From Squalus acanthias (taxonomy: Eukaryota), in assembly GCA_030390025.1 (NCBI GenBank), contig CM059432.1:153576001-153640000 (forward strand): 64,000 nucleotides of DNA, read 5' to 3'. Every line of letters begins with the position of its first letter. Position 1 is the first letter of the stretch. Of this stretch, positions 45,656 to 58,181 are shown piece after piece. The notes beneath the pieces are model-generated. The model made no database searches. It worked only from the letters and a program-made list of their open reading frames with translations, and was not told where the DNA came from. Position numbers and translations under genes: made by a program.

Positions 45656-46199
45656 AAGAGTGGTACAATGCAATGAGTCTTAATTTCAACACAGTGAGGA
45701 AAATGAGCAATGTAGCACAGAGAGAACAAGAGATGAAAGTTCGCAGTAGTACTGGCCATAGTGGTATCAATAAAATAGAGATTGAACAGGAAGGATGACG
45801 ATGGAGAGATTTTGGATTCTAGAGGTGAGAGAAGGATGATCTATCAATAAGTTTTTTCACTTCTTGTATCCTGTATAGGAAAGCACATGCCTGCCAGATA
45901 TGAGCAGTATTCAGATATTGAATGGATTGGGCTTCATCGAGATTTAAAAGTTGCTGAGGGAAAAAAATAAATGTTTGGCATGAAAAAAAGAAGCAAGCTT
46001 CCTGGAGAAGCTACAAAGAGAAAAGTTTTCTATTTTCTTGTAGCCAGTTGCAGTATTAACCATTATTATTCCAGTTGCAACTTGGGTCAGACACAAAGTT
46101 ACCAGTGAGAGGATTGCCAACCAGACAACCAGATTACACTCTGATCGAGCAGTGTGAGAGGTTCCAGAAGAATCTCCCCAGACATTGGAGTAGTTTTCA

Positions 46200-47240
46200 A
46201 GTCTTGGATGGACTAAGGTTTTTTGACAGTTAAGAGTTGTAGATAAGACCATAAAAAGACAAAGGGGGAAAAATTCAGTTGGTTGCGCCTCCCGTTAGCG
46301 CCTTAAGAATCTGCAAAGTGCTGCTCAGTACCCAAAACTCCTTCACACAGCGTTGAATCTCTCCAGAAGTCTCTCTCTCTCTCTCAGAATGTGTGGTTCA
46401 AATATGTCGCCAACAAAAAAAGGCAGGAAGTGGTCGCCTTTAAATAGCGCTCTCCCAGTCCCTTCCTGACTGCAAAACGCTCCCCTCAACCTGTCGTTGT
46501 TAGCGGCAGGCGGTAAGGCAGGGGGCGCCACTCAATATACGCTCCGGGGCATTGCGCACTCGACTGACGTCACGATCTGCCGGCGCAGGAGATCGTGGCG
46601 GTACTGTTTAGCGCCACCGCAAAATGTCTGGTTAATTTTGCGAGCGGCGCAAACATCGCCGCGCCCGGGCGCTAGTTGCTTTGCGCCCCATTAGCGCCCT
46701 CTTAAGGCGCTAACGGGAGGCGAAACCAACTAAATTTCTCCCCCTTTGTATCTAGGGGCACAGAATACAAAAGCAAAGAGGTAATGTTGAATTTGTGCAC
46801 GACCTTAGTTAGCCCCCAGTTGGAGCATTGGGTACAGTTTTAGGTGCCCCATTATAGGCAGGATATAAAAGCAATGAAGAGAGGCTTGAGAAATGAAGGC
46901 TTTATTTTCAATGGAGCTAAGAAGGATGAGGGGTGACCTAATAGGGTTCTTCAAGATTTTAAAAGGTAAATAAGGTGATTGGACCTAAATTTAAGATGAT
47001 CAAAAACGGATTAAAAGAAAGGTTAAACAAAAAATATTTACAGAGAGGGTGGTTAGAATATTGAATTATCTACCACAAACTGACATCGAAGGAGAAACCA
47101 TAAATTATTTTAAAAGGAAATGGCATACTTGAAGAAGAGCAATATTAAAGGGTATGGGGAGTGTACAGGAGAATAGGATTAGACTAGGTAGCCTGTGCGG
47201 AGAAAAATACCAGCACAGACTTGATGGCCTTTTTAGAGCT
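46200..47240 (+). mobile_element. Old CR1 fragment split by MITE 46264-46744
   Basis: agaatacaaaagcaaagaggtaatgttgaatttg... is CR1 RT C-terminal sequence. Confidence 0.7.
46264..46744. mobile_element. MITE with ~45-bp TIRs inserted in an old CR1 fragment
   Basis: GGGGGAAAAATTCAGTTGGTTGCGCCTCCCGTTAGCGCCTTAAG vs CTTAAGGCGCTAACGGGAGGCGAAACCAACTAAATTTCTCCCCC. Confidence 0.85.
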
Positions 47241-47484
47241 GTGTTTACTCACTTTTTGTCTTTCTCTTCCATTTTTATATGCGTGACTAAGGTTACCTTT
47301 AAAGACTACACAGCATTTAACTCCTTCCATCATTTTAAAATCTATTTAGAGGTTATTAAACTCAATAGCTGCCTCTCTATGAGCACAGTTAGGGTGTCTT
47401 TACCCATGAGTTCCAGTTGTAGTCATTCCTCCTGGGTTTCTTTTGGTCAATCCTATAAAAGAATTCTCCTGCTGGACCACGCCT

Positions 47485-47605
47485 GCTTCCATGAAAGGCG
47501 TGATCACCCAAAACATTAACCGATCTTTCTCCATCAGATGCTGACTGACCTGCAGTACATTTCCAGCATTTATCATTTTTATTTCTGACTTCCAGCATTT
47601 GCATC
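47485..47605 (+). repeat. Degenerate single-arm copy of the 30848-31086 family
   Basis: cagatgctgactgacctgcagtacatttccagcattt...atttctgacttccagcatttgca resembles the arm sequence. Confidence 0.6.
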
Positions 47606-48414
47606 TTTCTCATCTTACACAATTAGTAACTTTCACTGCTACCAAATGTAAAGTCTTTTTTCATAATTAAATTATCCGCTGCCACAGTGCTTTAATCAGC
47701 AGCCTTTCAATTATACTTGCCACTACAATCATTACGGCATTCAGAGAGTTTTGTTGCATTTGCCTGATTGAGACATCTTGCTTACTAAGGGATTCAAGTA
47801 ATCACAATAGGTTCAAATGCTAAAAATATGAAGCCTAAAAACAGACATTAAATTCTGCAAAGCATATGTCCTTTATGACATGAGTAGAATTTATTTGTTT
47901 TAATCTAATATTTCAATCACATTTCTTGTTTGTTTAAAGACTAAATGGAATATCAAATGTAAGAGAAATGCTGCAGATACTTCAAAATAAAGAGTGATCC
48001 AGATTCATTAGTGGTCTCTGATCCTGCAGATTACAGGGGGAGAGGGATCTTACGTTCGATATTCATTATCATCTTGGTTCACGAGTGTCAGCTCAATAAC
48101 CACTGCAGTCAGAGCATCTGGAGCATGTCCATAGGCCAGGAACGAAGGCAGCAGTGGTGCCAGGTACGTAAAGAGCTTTTTGTGGGCAAGCTTCAGATGC
48201 TTGTCTGAAATTTAGTCAGAGTCATAAGACTTACCACTGGGTAATTCAATAATTACAGACTGCATCTCTGTGATCATAACAAAAATGCTGTTCAAAAGTT
48301 TGGGGATTGATTTTCCCAAGCAGCGAGGACATAAAACATTTTTGATTTGGGATGAATGTCACTTGCACACAGTAAAAGCACCATACCCAAAGGTGATTGA
48401 ATTCCATCCCAGTT

Positions 48415-48562
48415 AATCTGTTGGTTGAGGGAGAAATGTTGGCCAGTGACTCCAGGAGATACTCCCTGCTCTTTTTCGAGTAGTGCCATAGGATCTTTAA
48501 CATCCACCTGAACCACCGGAACAGGAAGTCAAGGCCTTGGTTTAACATCTCTTCTGAAAGAC
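48415..48562 (-). mobile_element. Deu-domain SINE fragment
   Basis: gccataggatctttaacatccacctga...ttggtttaacatctc. Confidence 0.7.
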
Positions 48563-49001
48563 TGATAAGTACAGATGAGGGTGACCACTTAGCCCGTCTA
48601 GCTCATCCTTTCATTGAAACCTACAGTTCCCCAATCACAGCATCTAACAGCCTCTCGAATAATTCCAGACCTGCTGGGGGCTAAATTCGATAGCCCCCGA
48701 AAACGGGCGCGGGGTCGCAATGTGCGATTAACCCGCGGTCGTTGCTTTCAATGCGGACAGCACGTCATCTTCATGCTGCCTGCTAATTTACATGATTGTA
48801 GCGTGCAGCCAGTGCTAAGCGTGCTATTAATTGGCTGCACGCCTGAGCGGGGGAGCCAAAATCGTGAGAGGTTAGCATTACTTAAAGTTAGCCAGCACTT
48901 CTTAAAGCCAGCCTGCACCTCCTAAAGGGCAGGGGCATTGTGGCTGGAGCAGGTGCTAGGAGTCTTGGTTGAAGAGATTCGGACCTGGGAAAGAGTGAAT
49001 A

Positions 49002-50894
49002 ATGGCACAATACGGCAGAGAGCGGGCTCTAAGATTTTCCGATGCTGCATTGGAGGCCTTGGTGGAGGAGGTGGAGCGGAGGAGAGATGTGCTCTATCCA
49101 CAGGGGGCAGGAGGCCCTCCAGATAATGGGAGCAGATAGCTATGGAGGTCAATGCCAGGAGTCAAGCCCCGAGGACATGGATGCAGTGCCGCAAAATGTT
49201 CAATGACCTCACATGAGTGGTCAAGTTCAGTGAATATATCTTCAATTGCCATATCCTATCTACTGCACCACTAACCTCAGCAACTGTTCGATGCACCACA
49301 CCCCCATCACTCACCTACCAACAATTTCCATCAATCAGAACTCATACCTAACATTTATTGCTTCACCTCACCCTGACACACTTAGCACTGCTGCAAGCCT
49401 CACATCCACATCTCACACTTTGCACACACTACCAGCTATTCAACCATGACAGACACATCACCCAAACATATTGCACCACATTCACTGACACACTTCACTC
49501 TCTCTTGCAGTACAAGGTGGCACATAAACAGAGGCAACAGGAGCTAACCAGTGGGGGACAGGCGCGGCTGCATGTCCTTACCCCCCTTGGAGGAGATGGT
49601 GCTCAGCGTCATTGGAGTGGTCATTGCTGAGGACGTGGCCAGCGGTGGGGCTGAAGCGATAGAAGATGATGGTATCCTCATACCTAATCCCCCTCTCACA
49701 TCCCACTTCCCCCTCATCCCACAATCTCTTCTGATTTACAAGCTGCAAATGGTGTAAGCATGTACCTCTTACTTTCCTGCACCCCCTGCACCTCACCTCA
49801 CCACAACCCTACCCTTGTGCCTTTCCATTTTCAGATACCCAAGAACTGCAATCTGGCCAGCCAGTGGTGGAAGAGCAACAGGTGGAATTGCAGGAAGACA
49901 GTGATGATGACGAAATACCTTCACTCGATTTCAGACTCTCAGTCACCAGCTCAGATACTGAAACTGCGCGTAATTTAGAGGACAGCTTAGAGGCGGGATC
50001 TGCACATGGTGAGTCACCGGGCACGAGTGGCCTGCAGCCAGGACTGGGGACAAGGGTAGCGAAGGTGTCAGCTCACCGGAGGGTGAGGTCACACACGAGT
50101 TCTGCTGCAGAGGACTCAGATGAGCACTTCGATGGGACAGGCTACAGAAGAAGGCTGATGGGTATGCACAATTAAATACTTGGTGCATTGGCAGGACTGC
50201 CAGAAAGCCTGCTTGCAATGTCAAGGAGCACCAACTTGGCACAGGGCTTTGCGCAGAGCTTAGGGCCCATCCTTTCCATTATGGAAGTGGTGGCCAACTC
50301 CATGAGCACACTAGTGGACCCACCCATGATGCAGGGTCTGATGGCCGATGTCTCAGCTTCCATTGCAGCACAAGCAGAAGCCACCCAATGTCTGAGTGCT
50401 GCACGAGGCTCAGACTTCTGTCATGCAAGCTCAGACTGGTGCCATCATGGCTGGGGATACCAATGTTCAAAGGTGTTTGCAGGGTGTCACAGCAGTCCAG
50501 CAATCTGTCCTCTAACAAATTACTAGGATTGCTGAGGTGCCGGCCCAGGGAAGTGGCAGTGGCTCCATGGAGCAAGAACCATCTGTCCTCTCTCAGGATG
50601 ACAGTATTCGTCCTCCCACCACTGCCACTCCGCCAGTGCCCTTGCTGTTGCCTGTCAGCCAGCCAGTCCAGACTGCTGCCGCCCCTGCTACGGTGGTTCA
50701 GTCCGCACCCGGGTCTTCTAGGTCCAGAGCTACTCGAGTTGGCCCTGCAAGGCCATCTGCAGTTTCCCCCACTGAAAGTCAGCGGCTTTCCACCAGCCAT
50801 GCTGCAGCCACTGGGGGAGCACTGCAAAGGAGCAGTAGGACGGGCAAAGGCACAGGCAAGGCAGGCACTAAGGGAATGCACAAAGGGAGATTAG
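49002..50894 (+). pseudogene. Myb/SANT-like gene of copy C: exons ~49002-49226, 49511-49671, 49835-50894
   Basis: MAQYGRERALRFSDAALEALVEEVERRRDVLYP...WEQIAMEVNARSQAPRTWMQCRKMFNDLT; acceptors tcttgcag| (49510) and attttcag| (49834); donor G|gtatcc (49672). Confidence 0.87.
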
Positions 50895-51129
50895 TTGACA
50901 TTTGTATGCAATATGGAATGTTTTGATTTATAAATTTGGTTTGGAATGTTTATTTTGTGTTGGCTTTTATTTTTGCATTCTGGTCAAGTGGATGCTGTGA
51001 TGGTCAGTGACAGAAGGTAAGGTGTGGGACTCTTGGTGAATGAGGATTTGGAGTTGCGTTCACTGGTATCACAGTCGGATGAGTCATTCACGGACAGTCA
51101 GCCGGAAAGGGGCTGTCTAGGTTGTCTCC

Positions 51130-51914
51130 TCCCTTCTTCCTCCTCTTCCTCCTGCTCCTCAGCTGGTCGCCATATAACTGGTGGCAAGGGCTATGCCCTT
51201 ATGATGGCAAGGTTGTGCAGCATGCAGCAGACCACGCCAAATCTTGACACCTGCTCTGCCGAGTACTGCAGGGCTCCTCCAGAGTGGTCCAGGCAGCAGA
51301 AGCATTGTTTCAGCACACCAATGGTCTGCTCTATCACATTTCATGTGGTAGCATGGCTTTTGTTCTACGCATGCTGCGCAGGTGTGCGTGGGTTGCGCAC
51401 CGGAGTCACGAACCATGTCATCAATGGATAGCCCTTGTCACCCAGTAGCCACCCCTTGGTTTGTTGTGTTGGCTCAAATACAGATGGCACAGTGGACTGC
51501 CGAAGAATGAAGGCATCATGACTGCTGCCAGGATACCGGGCATTGACCTGCATGATTCGCTGCGTATAGTCGCACACCAGTGGGACGTTGAGGGAGTGGA
51601 ATCCCTTTTGGTTGAGATACATCTCAGAGTTGACATGCGGCACCCGCAAAGCAACGTGCATGCAGTCAATGGCACCCTGCACCATGGGGAAACCTGCAAA
51701 CCTCGCGAAGCCGCTTGTTCACTCCGTCTGCTGTTCTCTGGTAAGAGAGAATGAAATGTAGATAGCTCTTTTGGAAGAGAGAGCCTCAGAGACCTCCCTT
51801 ATGCAACAGTGGATGGCAAACTGCGAGATGTTGCAAATATCTCCAGCTCCAGCCTGGAAGGAGCCAGACGCATAAAACTTCATCGCCATGGTCACCTTCA
51901 CAGCCACTGGCAAT
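51130..51914 (-). pseudogene. Harbinger transposase pseudogene (copy C)
   Basis: GAIDCMHVALRVP, KGFHSLNVPLVCD, YPGSSHDAFIL, WLLGDKGYPL (ORF 51365..51685); KVTMAMKFYASGSFQ (ORF 51719..51913). Confidence 0.9.
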
Positions 51915-52325
51915 GCGGTAACATTCTCGCCTCTGAGTCAGAAGCTGGTGGGTTCAAGTCCCGCTACAGAGACTTGAGCACATGTGTGCAGTTCAGTGCA
52001 GTACTGAGAGGGTGCTGCACTGTCAGAGGTGGCGTCTTTTGGATGAGATGTTAAACCGAGGCACCATCTGCCCTCTCACATAGATGTAAAAGATTCCATG
52101 GCACTATTTGAAGTAGAGCAGGGAAGTTCTCTCCGGCGTCCTGAACAATATTTATCCCTCAACCATCACTAAAATAGATTATCTGGTCATTATCTCATTG
52201 CTGTTTGTGGAACTTTGCTGCTGCGTTTCACTACATTACAACAGTGACTACACTTCAAAAAGTACTTTGGGATGTCCTAAGGTTGTGAAAGGCGCTATAT
52301 AAATGCAAGTTCTTCCTTTCTTTCT
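51915..52325 (+). mobile_element. Deu-domain SINE terminating Harbinger copy C
   Basis: Homologous to 16785-17248. Confidence 0.85.
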
Positions 52326-52534
52326 TAAAGTTGCAGTGGCAATCCGGAGTCAGGGCCTGGAATGTGCACAAAGCTCTCTCCTGGGAGGCAGAACTCAAGT
52401 TTCACCATGACGATGTAAACTGTCTAGCTGAAACCTGAACTGCGGTTACCAGTCTCAGACCTCTAGCTGCTGTATAAATGTGCCCGTTTATGGCAAGCCT
52501 GAAATGATATAATTAACAGTAGCCCAGTAACGAA

Positions 52535-52838
52535 CAGAACATAAGAACATAAGAAATAGGAGCAGGAGTCGGCCATTTGGCCCTTCGAGCCTAATCCGCC
52601 ATTCAATAAGATCATGGCTGATCTTCTACCTCAATTCCACCTTCCCACACTATCCCCATATCCCTTGATTCACTTAGCATCCAAAAACCTATCGATCTCT
52701 GTCTTGAATATACTCATTGACTCAGTATCCACAGCCCTCTGGGGTAGAGAATTCCAAAGATTCACAAGAAGAAATTTCTCCTCATCTCAGTTCTAAATGG
52801 CCGACCCCTTACTCTGAAACTGTGACCCCTGGTTCTAC
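52535..52838 (-). mobile_element. CR1 3' fragment
   Basis: (AGAACATA)n tail and CR1 3' UTR. Confidence 0.88.
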
Positions 52839-54189
52839 AACAACTTCAATTATTGAGCACCATTAACTTTCAGTAACCATCAACTGTTCAGCCACATGTT
52901 TTACAATATTTCACTGAGTATGTAATTATCCTTGTAATGAACTGAAAAATATCTAACTGAAAATGCTGCAGTGGAACTAACATAAAGTAGAGCAATGCAC
53001 TTTGAAGAATAGGGTTAACTCCCGACAGAGAACCCCAGCTCTCCCAATAATGCTGAATAAGCACAATTTATCATAAAAAAATACAAAAGAGCACAGACTG
53101 CACAAGCTGAGAGATACCAGGAAAAAAAATTGAAGACTAACTGAAAGCAAATCTAGGGGATACACAGAACGGTTACAAAGCAATCCTGCTACATTTTCAC
53201 CAGCTAAACCTTCGGTTAGAATGCGGGCTTGGAACTCACTTCTGGCTATTATCTCCTAGCTGTTGTGCAATTCTGAACAAGGAGGTGGGAGGTGTGAGGA
53301 GGAGGGGGGGGGAACAATTCTATTTCCACTGCAGGGAGTTAGGCAAATCATCTTTGACCTCTGTTCCACTGCAAAAATTACCTGGTCTAATTGTTTGACG
53401 TGACAATATTCTTATAATAGATTTTTTGAAAAAACAAAGTTACAAACAGACACAAAACATACTGTAATCATTCCAAATGTTTTTACTAACAAGTAATTGT
53501 TTAGTTTTACTGCCAGTTCTTAATTACACAAAGTCAAATAAGAAATGTGAGTGAAAACGTACACAGTGTGCAGTCTCCAGGGTACGTGTATTTCTCAGGA
53601 AGATTACCAGATGTATGCAAGAACAGATTGAACTATCTGATTGCAACAGCTGAACACTATTTTATGAATGAAACAAGTGTTTGAATGTGTATTTGGGAAT
53701 TTCAGGGGGCTCTGCGTGGGTTAAAAATAATATAAACAAACAGATGTCAGTAATTAAGTAAAAGACATGCATGATATTAATGCAGATTCCCAACAGAGCT
53801 ACTTGTGACCATGCCATATCTACAAAAATGTCTAGCAAAAAAAAATTAAATGTATTCTCTGCTCATCTGCCTGTAAACTGTTTAAAACATACAATAAAAA
53901 TGCCAAATGAGTCAACCTTTACCCATAAACATGCTCTTAATACTTTTATTGGGGTACAAGCCGTGGAGAGTTGTCATATTAGCAAAATAAAGTTCAAAGT
54001 TTGCATTTCACATTCCTTTCACTTCTCTTCTGGCCCTTAGCAGCAAACGATCTTTGATATCAGTGCCAGTGCTGTTGTCAACACTATAGGGGTCATTTTA
54101 TGAGTTTGCACTGCTGGAGCTGCTCCCATCGAGACCACGTTCTGGGAACTGGGACACATGTCTGCTACTTTATTTCAGATGAAAGGTCG

Positions 54190-54450
54190 TTGGTGGGGGT
54201 GGGGGTGGTGGGGGTGGGGGTGGGGGTGGGGGGCGGTGGGGGTGGGGACGGTGGGGGTGGTGGGGGTGGGGGTGGTGGTGGGGGTGGGGGTGGGGGGGGG
54301 GGCGGTGGTGTGGGTGGGGGTGGGGGTGGGGGTGGTGGGGGTGGGGGTGGTGGGGGGGGGTGGTGGGGGGGGTGGGGGCGGTGGGGGTGGAGGGGGTGGA
54401 GGTGGGGGGGCTGGTAGGGGTGGTGGGGGTGGTGGCGGTGGGGGTGGGGC
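54190..54450. repeat. G-rich (GGGGGT/GGT)n tract
   Basis: Directly visible. Confidence 0.95.
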
Positions 54451-54454
54451 AGAT

Positions 54455-54785
54455 GCACAAGTCCGAATTCACAACCCGCTCTGCCGTCGAGCAAAGCTCT
54501 CCATGTTCTCACCCCTCTTATCTCTGTAACCTCTGCCATCCCTAAAACACCCCACTCCAAACTCTCCATTCCTCTGATTCTGACTTCCCACCACTTCACT
54601 CCCTGCCCTCATTAAAACTCTTTTCTTTGACCAAGATTTGGTCAACCGCCCCCACCCCACCCACCCCCCCCCCAACAAATCTCAGCTTCTTTGCCCTTGC
54701 ATCCACTTTTCTTCTTGTGACTTGTGAAGTACGTTGGAATGTTTTTCTACACCAAAGGTGCTACATAAATTCAAGTTGTTGATGT
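54455..54785 (+). mobile_element. Old L2 3' fragment
   Basis: ctctttgaccaag...aaaggtgctacataaattcaagttgttg. Confidence 0.6.
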
Positions 54786-56300
54786 AAATAATAGTTGGGA
54801 CCTAGGTAGAATTAGAAATAGAACTAAACAATTTATCTGCACACAAGTTTTTTGTTACTTCACAGATTTTCTGTCAGTGGAAGATTGGTTTACCACCAGC
54901 TGTATTACAACAGAAGAATTACAAAAGAAGAGGGAGATGAGGTGTTATATGGTACAAAGAAACTACCTCTCACTTGGGTCAATTAGAACTGCAGTGTCTG
55001 AGGCAATCTCAGTTGAATAGACAAGTTCTCATGGACCTTCGTCAATGGCTGCAGTTTGATTTAGAATCACCTCTGTAACTGCTCTACCAGGTGCTGTGAA
55101 AGGGATTGCCACCATCATCTTCTATTCCAATGCCAGGCTCCATGCTGCCATTCAGTTATATCCAATTGCAGAGGCATCTCCGAGTGCTTCTACTTGGGTT
55201 CACACCTGATATAACAACACGGTGAACTGACAATTACAAATTTGCTCGACGCCACCAAGCATAGAAATAGCAAAAGAGAAGCTATGCTAAAATCAGCAAG
55301 TAGAGATTAGTTAACAGCAAGCTTTGTTTTCTAAGTCTGAAGACAAAAGGAAAAACTGAAGCAGGCTAGGTGGCCCACAGATTGGAGGTCTGAGAAAATA
55401 ATTAGTTAGAGTAGGAGACAGCATGATCACTTTTGATTTCAACTGAGTGAGGATGTAGAGAGGAGGAAAAGTATGTATTGTGCTAAGTGGAGGGATGACA
55501 CAGAGCTTCAGTCTCCCTAGAATGCAGTTACACACCTCCTAGCGGCCATTCTATTGAGCAGCATTAATGGAAGCCTGGGAGCAAGTCTGCCGTCCATTTT
55601 CCCAACTGAAGAAAGTGTGCACATAGTGAGACTACGGCAGATAAAACAGGGGCAGAAAGATAAAAATAATTACAAATTCCAACTGATGTGCTGCTAAAAT
55701 GGATACCTCAACGTGAATATTTTCCAAAAACAGAGCAGCAGCGGTTTTGGGCCATTGCCGCTTTCACAGGGGTGCTTAGCAACACATGGGGGTGAATTTC
55801 CGCAGGACGTTCTCCTGCTCGTCCGCTGAAGATACAGCGGAAGTCCTGCAGAAACCCCAGGTTTTATGCCATTTTCCCACAGTTTTCATGGCTCTTCCGC
55901 CGAAGTTCTGGCCGACGAGTGGGAGAACATCCTGTGTACCATGGCTCTCCTGACTTTCCTTCCATGATGGAGGAAACAGGGGATCTCTCCTCTGCTCTAT
56001 TCCTGCAACAGCTGCTCAAAAGAAAACAGGGCGCTCTTATCTGACCAGTCCTCTTTCCTGTCACACTGATTGATTGCAAACTTTTTTTGTAACTGCAGTT
56101 ACAAAATCTTGCTCTTTTTGCACTGCCGTGCCATCAAACACCATCTGACAAAAAAATCACCTCCCAGAAGCACTCCAGGATATTGTTCTTCAAATTGTAC
56201 ACTTCCATGTGCTTACCCAGGCCCAGGCTTCCCTGTCCCTCCACGGACTCTCCCAAGGCTCCAAGATGCTGCAGCCCTTTTAAACAGCTTTAGCCTTTTA

Positions 56301-56690
56301 GGACTAGAAATTCAGTGCATTTTCACCTCTTGTTCGCGCCCCCGGGAGGCGCTAACGGGACGCAAAACGTCTTTTCGCCCGGGCGCGGCGCCGCTACCGG
56401 CTCCCGCTAAATTCAGTGTTGAGTTTAGTGGCAGCGGTAACCAGTAGCGCCCCGCTCCACTGCGCAGGCAATGACAACGTCATCACCGTGCGCAGCGCCC
56501 CGTTTACGCCCCGCCTGCAAAATTGGCCCGCGTCCCCTGAATCTGACAGCGACCGATTCAGGCGCGGGAACAGAGCGGCAGGGGGCTCGCGGGGCGGTAA
56601 GTAAAGGGGAGGTCGTGCGCGGGGAAAAGAAATCGCCCAACTTACTTGTCGCTGCCCGTTGCATCTTTGAACGCGGGGTCAGAAAAGGGA
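56301..56690. mobile_element. GC-rich Harbinger-type MITE or element end, interrupted by a LINE
   Basis: Starts GGACTAGAAATTCAG; similar to 58182-58874 (GGCGCTAACGGG, GACGTCATC). Confidence 0.6.
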
Positions 56691-57598
56691 ATGTTCACTG
56701 ATGACTGCAGTATTCAGTGCCATTCACAACTCCTCAGATAATGAAGCAGTTCATGCCCGCATGCAACAAGACCTGGACGACGTTCAGGCTTGGGCTGATA
56801 AGTGGCAGGTAACATTCGCGCGACAGAAGTGCCAAGCAATGACTATCTCCAACAAGCGAGAGTCTAACCACCGCCCCTTGACATTCAACGGCATTACCAT
56901 CACCGAATCCCCCTCCATCAACATCCTGGGGGTCACCATTGACCAGAAACTTAACTGGACCAGCCACATAAATACTGTGGCAACAAGAGCAGGTCAGAGG
57001 CTAGGTATTCTGCGGCAAGTGTCTCACCTCGTGACTCCCCAAAGCCTTTCCACCATCTACAAGGCACAAGTAAGGAGTGTGATGGAATACTCTCCACTTG
57101 CCTGGATGAGTGCAGCTCCAACAACACTCAAGAAGCTCGACACCATCCAGGACAAAGCAGCCCGCTTGATTGGCACCCCATCCACCAGCTTAAACATTCA
57201 CTCCCTCCACCACCGGCGTACTATGGCTGCAGTGTGTACCATCTACAAGATGCACTGCAGCAACTCGCCAGGGCTTCTTCGACAGCACCTCCCAAACCCG
57301 CAACCTCTTCCACCTAGAAGGACAAGGGCAGCAGGTGCATGGGAACACCACCACTTCCAAGTTCCCCTCCAAGTCACACACCATCCTGACTTGGAAGTAA
57401 ATCGCTGTTCCTTCATCGTCGCTGGGTCAAAATCCTGGAACACCCTCCCTAACAGCACTGTGGGAGTACCTTCACCACACGGACTGCAGCGGTTCAAGAA
57501 GGTGGCTCACCACCACCTTCTCGAGGGCAATTAGGGATGGGCAATAAATGCTGGCCTTGCCAGCAACGCCTACATCCCATAAACGAATTTAAAAAAAA
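56691..57598 (+). mobile_element. Second LINE family, truncated at the FADD region
   Basis: ORF 56701..57534 plus the family tail. Confidence 0.9.
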
Positions 57599-58181
57599 GG
57601 CTGTACAGACCCGACACGCAGCGGCGGGGGAGGCAATTCAGGTCATTATGACCTTGTTAACAGCCCATTAAAAAGTATTTTAAGCTCACCTTACCATTTT
57701 ACGAGGTCGCCCACAGGGTCCACGCTGCTCAGGCATCACGTCAGGTAAGGAGCTCGGGAGTTGTATGACCATGGGATCATCTCATTACTTGACAGCTGCA
57801 AATGTGCTATAAAAGCTCCCATGTCCCAGCTGTTCACTTTCGAAGCTCAGAAGCTGTTGCTTACTGCATTTGGAAGATAGATTGGGCTTTATGCAGGTTG
57901 CAAGTGTTTGGAGCAAACTCTCTATCCAGTATCACCTCATTGGAACAACCTCTCTCACCAAATCTACGAATTTACCTGGTGCCCCGGGAGGTATGGGACT
58001 TGCGATCCTGGGCGCATGCGGTTTGCAAGCACCCCTGGGATCACGTGGGCCGGCCCAACCTATAAAAGAAGGGAATCCCCATTCATACTTATGGGAGTTC
58101 CGTACGTACGGAAACCCCATAAGTATGAATGGGGATCACTTAAAAAATACACGAACACATGAAATAAAGAAAAAACATTAC

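Larger units (their letters stand above)
48677..51914 (-). mobile_element. PIF/Harbinger transposon copy C (same family as A, opposite orientation, truncated at a SINE)
   Basis: Terminus GGGGCTAAATTCGATAGCCCCCGAAAACGGG preceded by CTG; long homology to copy A; transposase N-terminus and second TIR absent. Confidence 0.88.

Noticed and set aside
54100..54599. Poly-Gly/poly-Pro ORFs
   Set aside because: Simple G-rich repeat.
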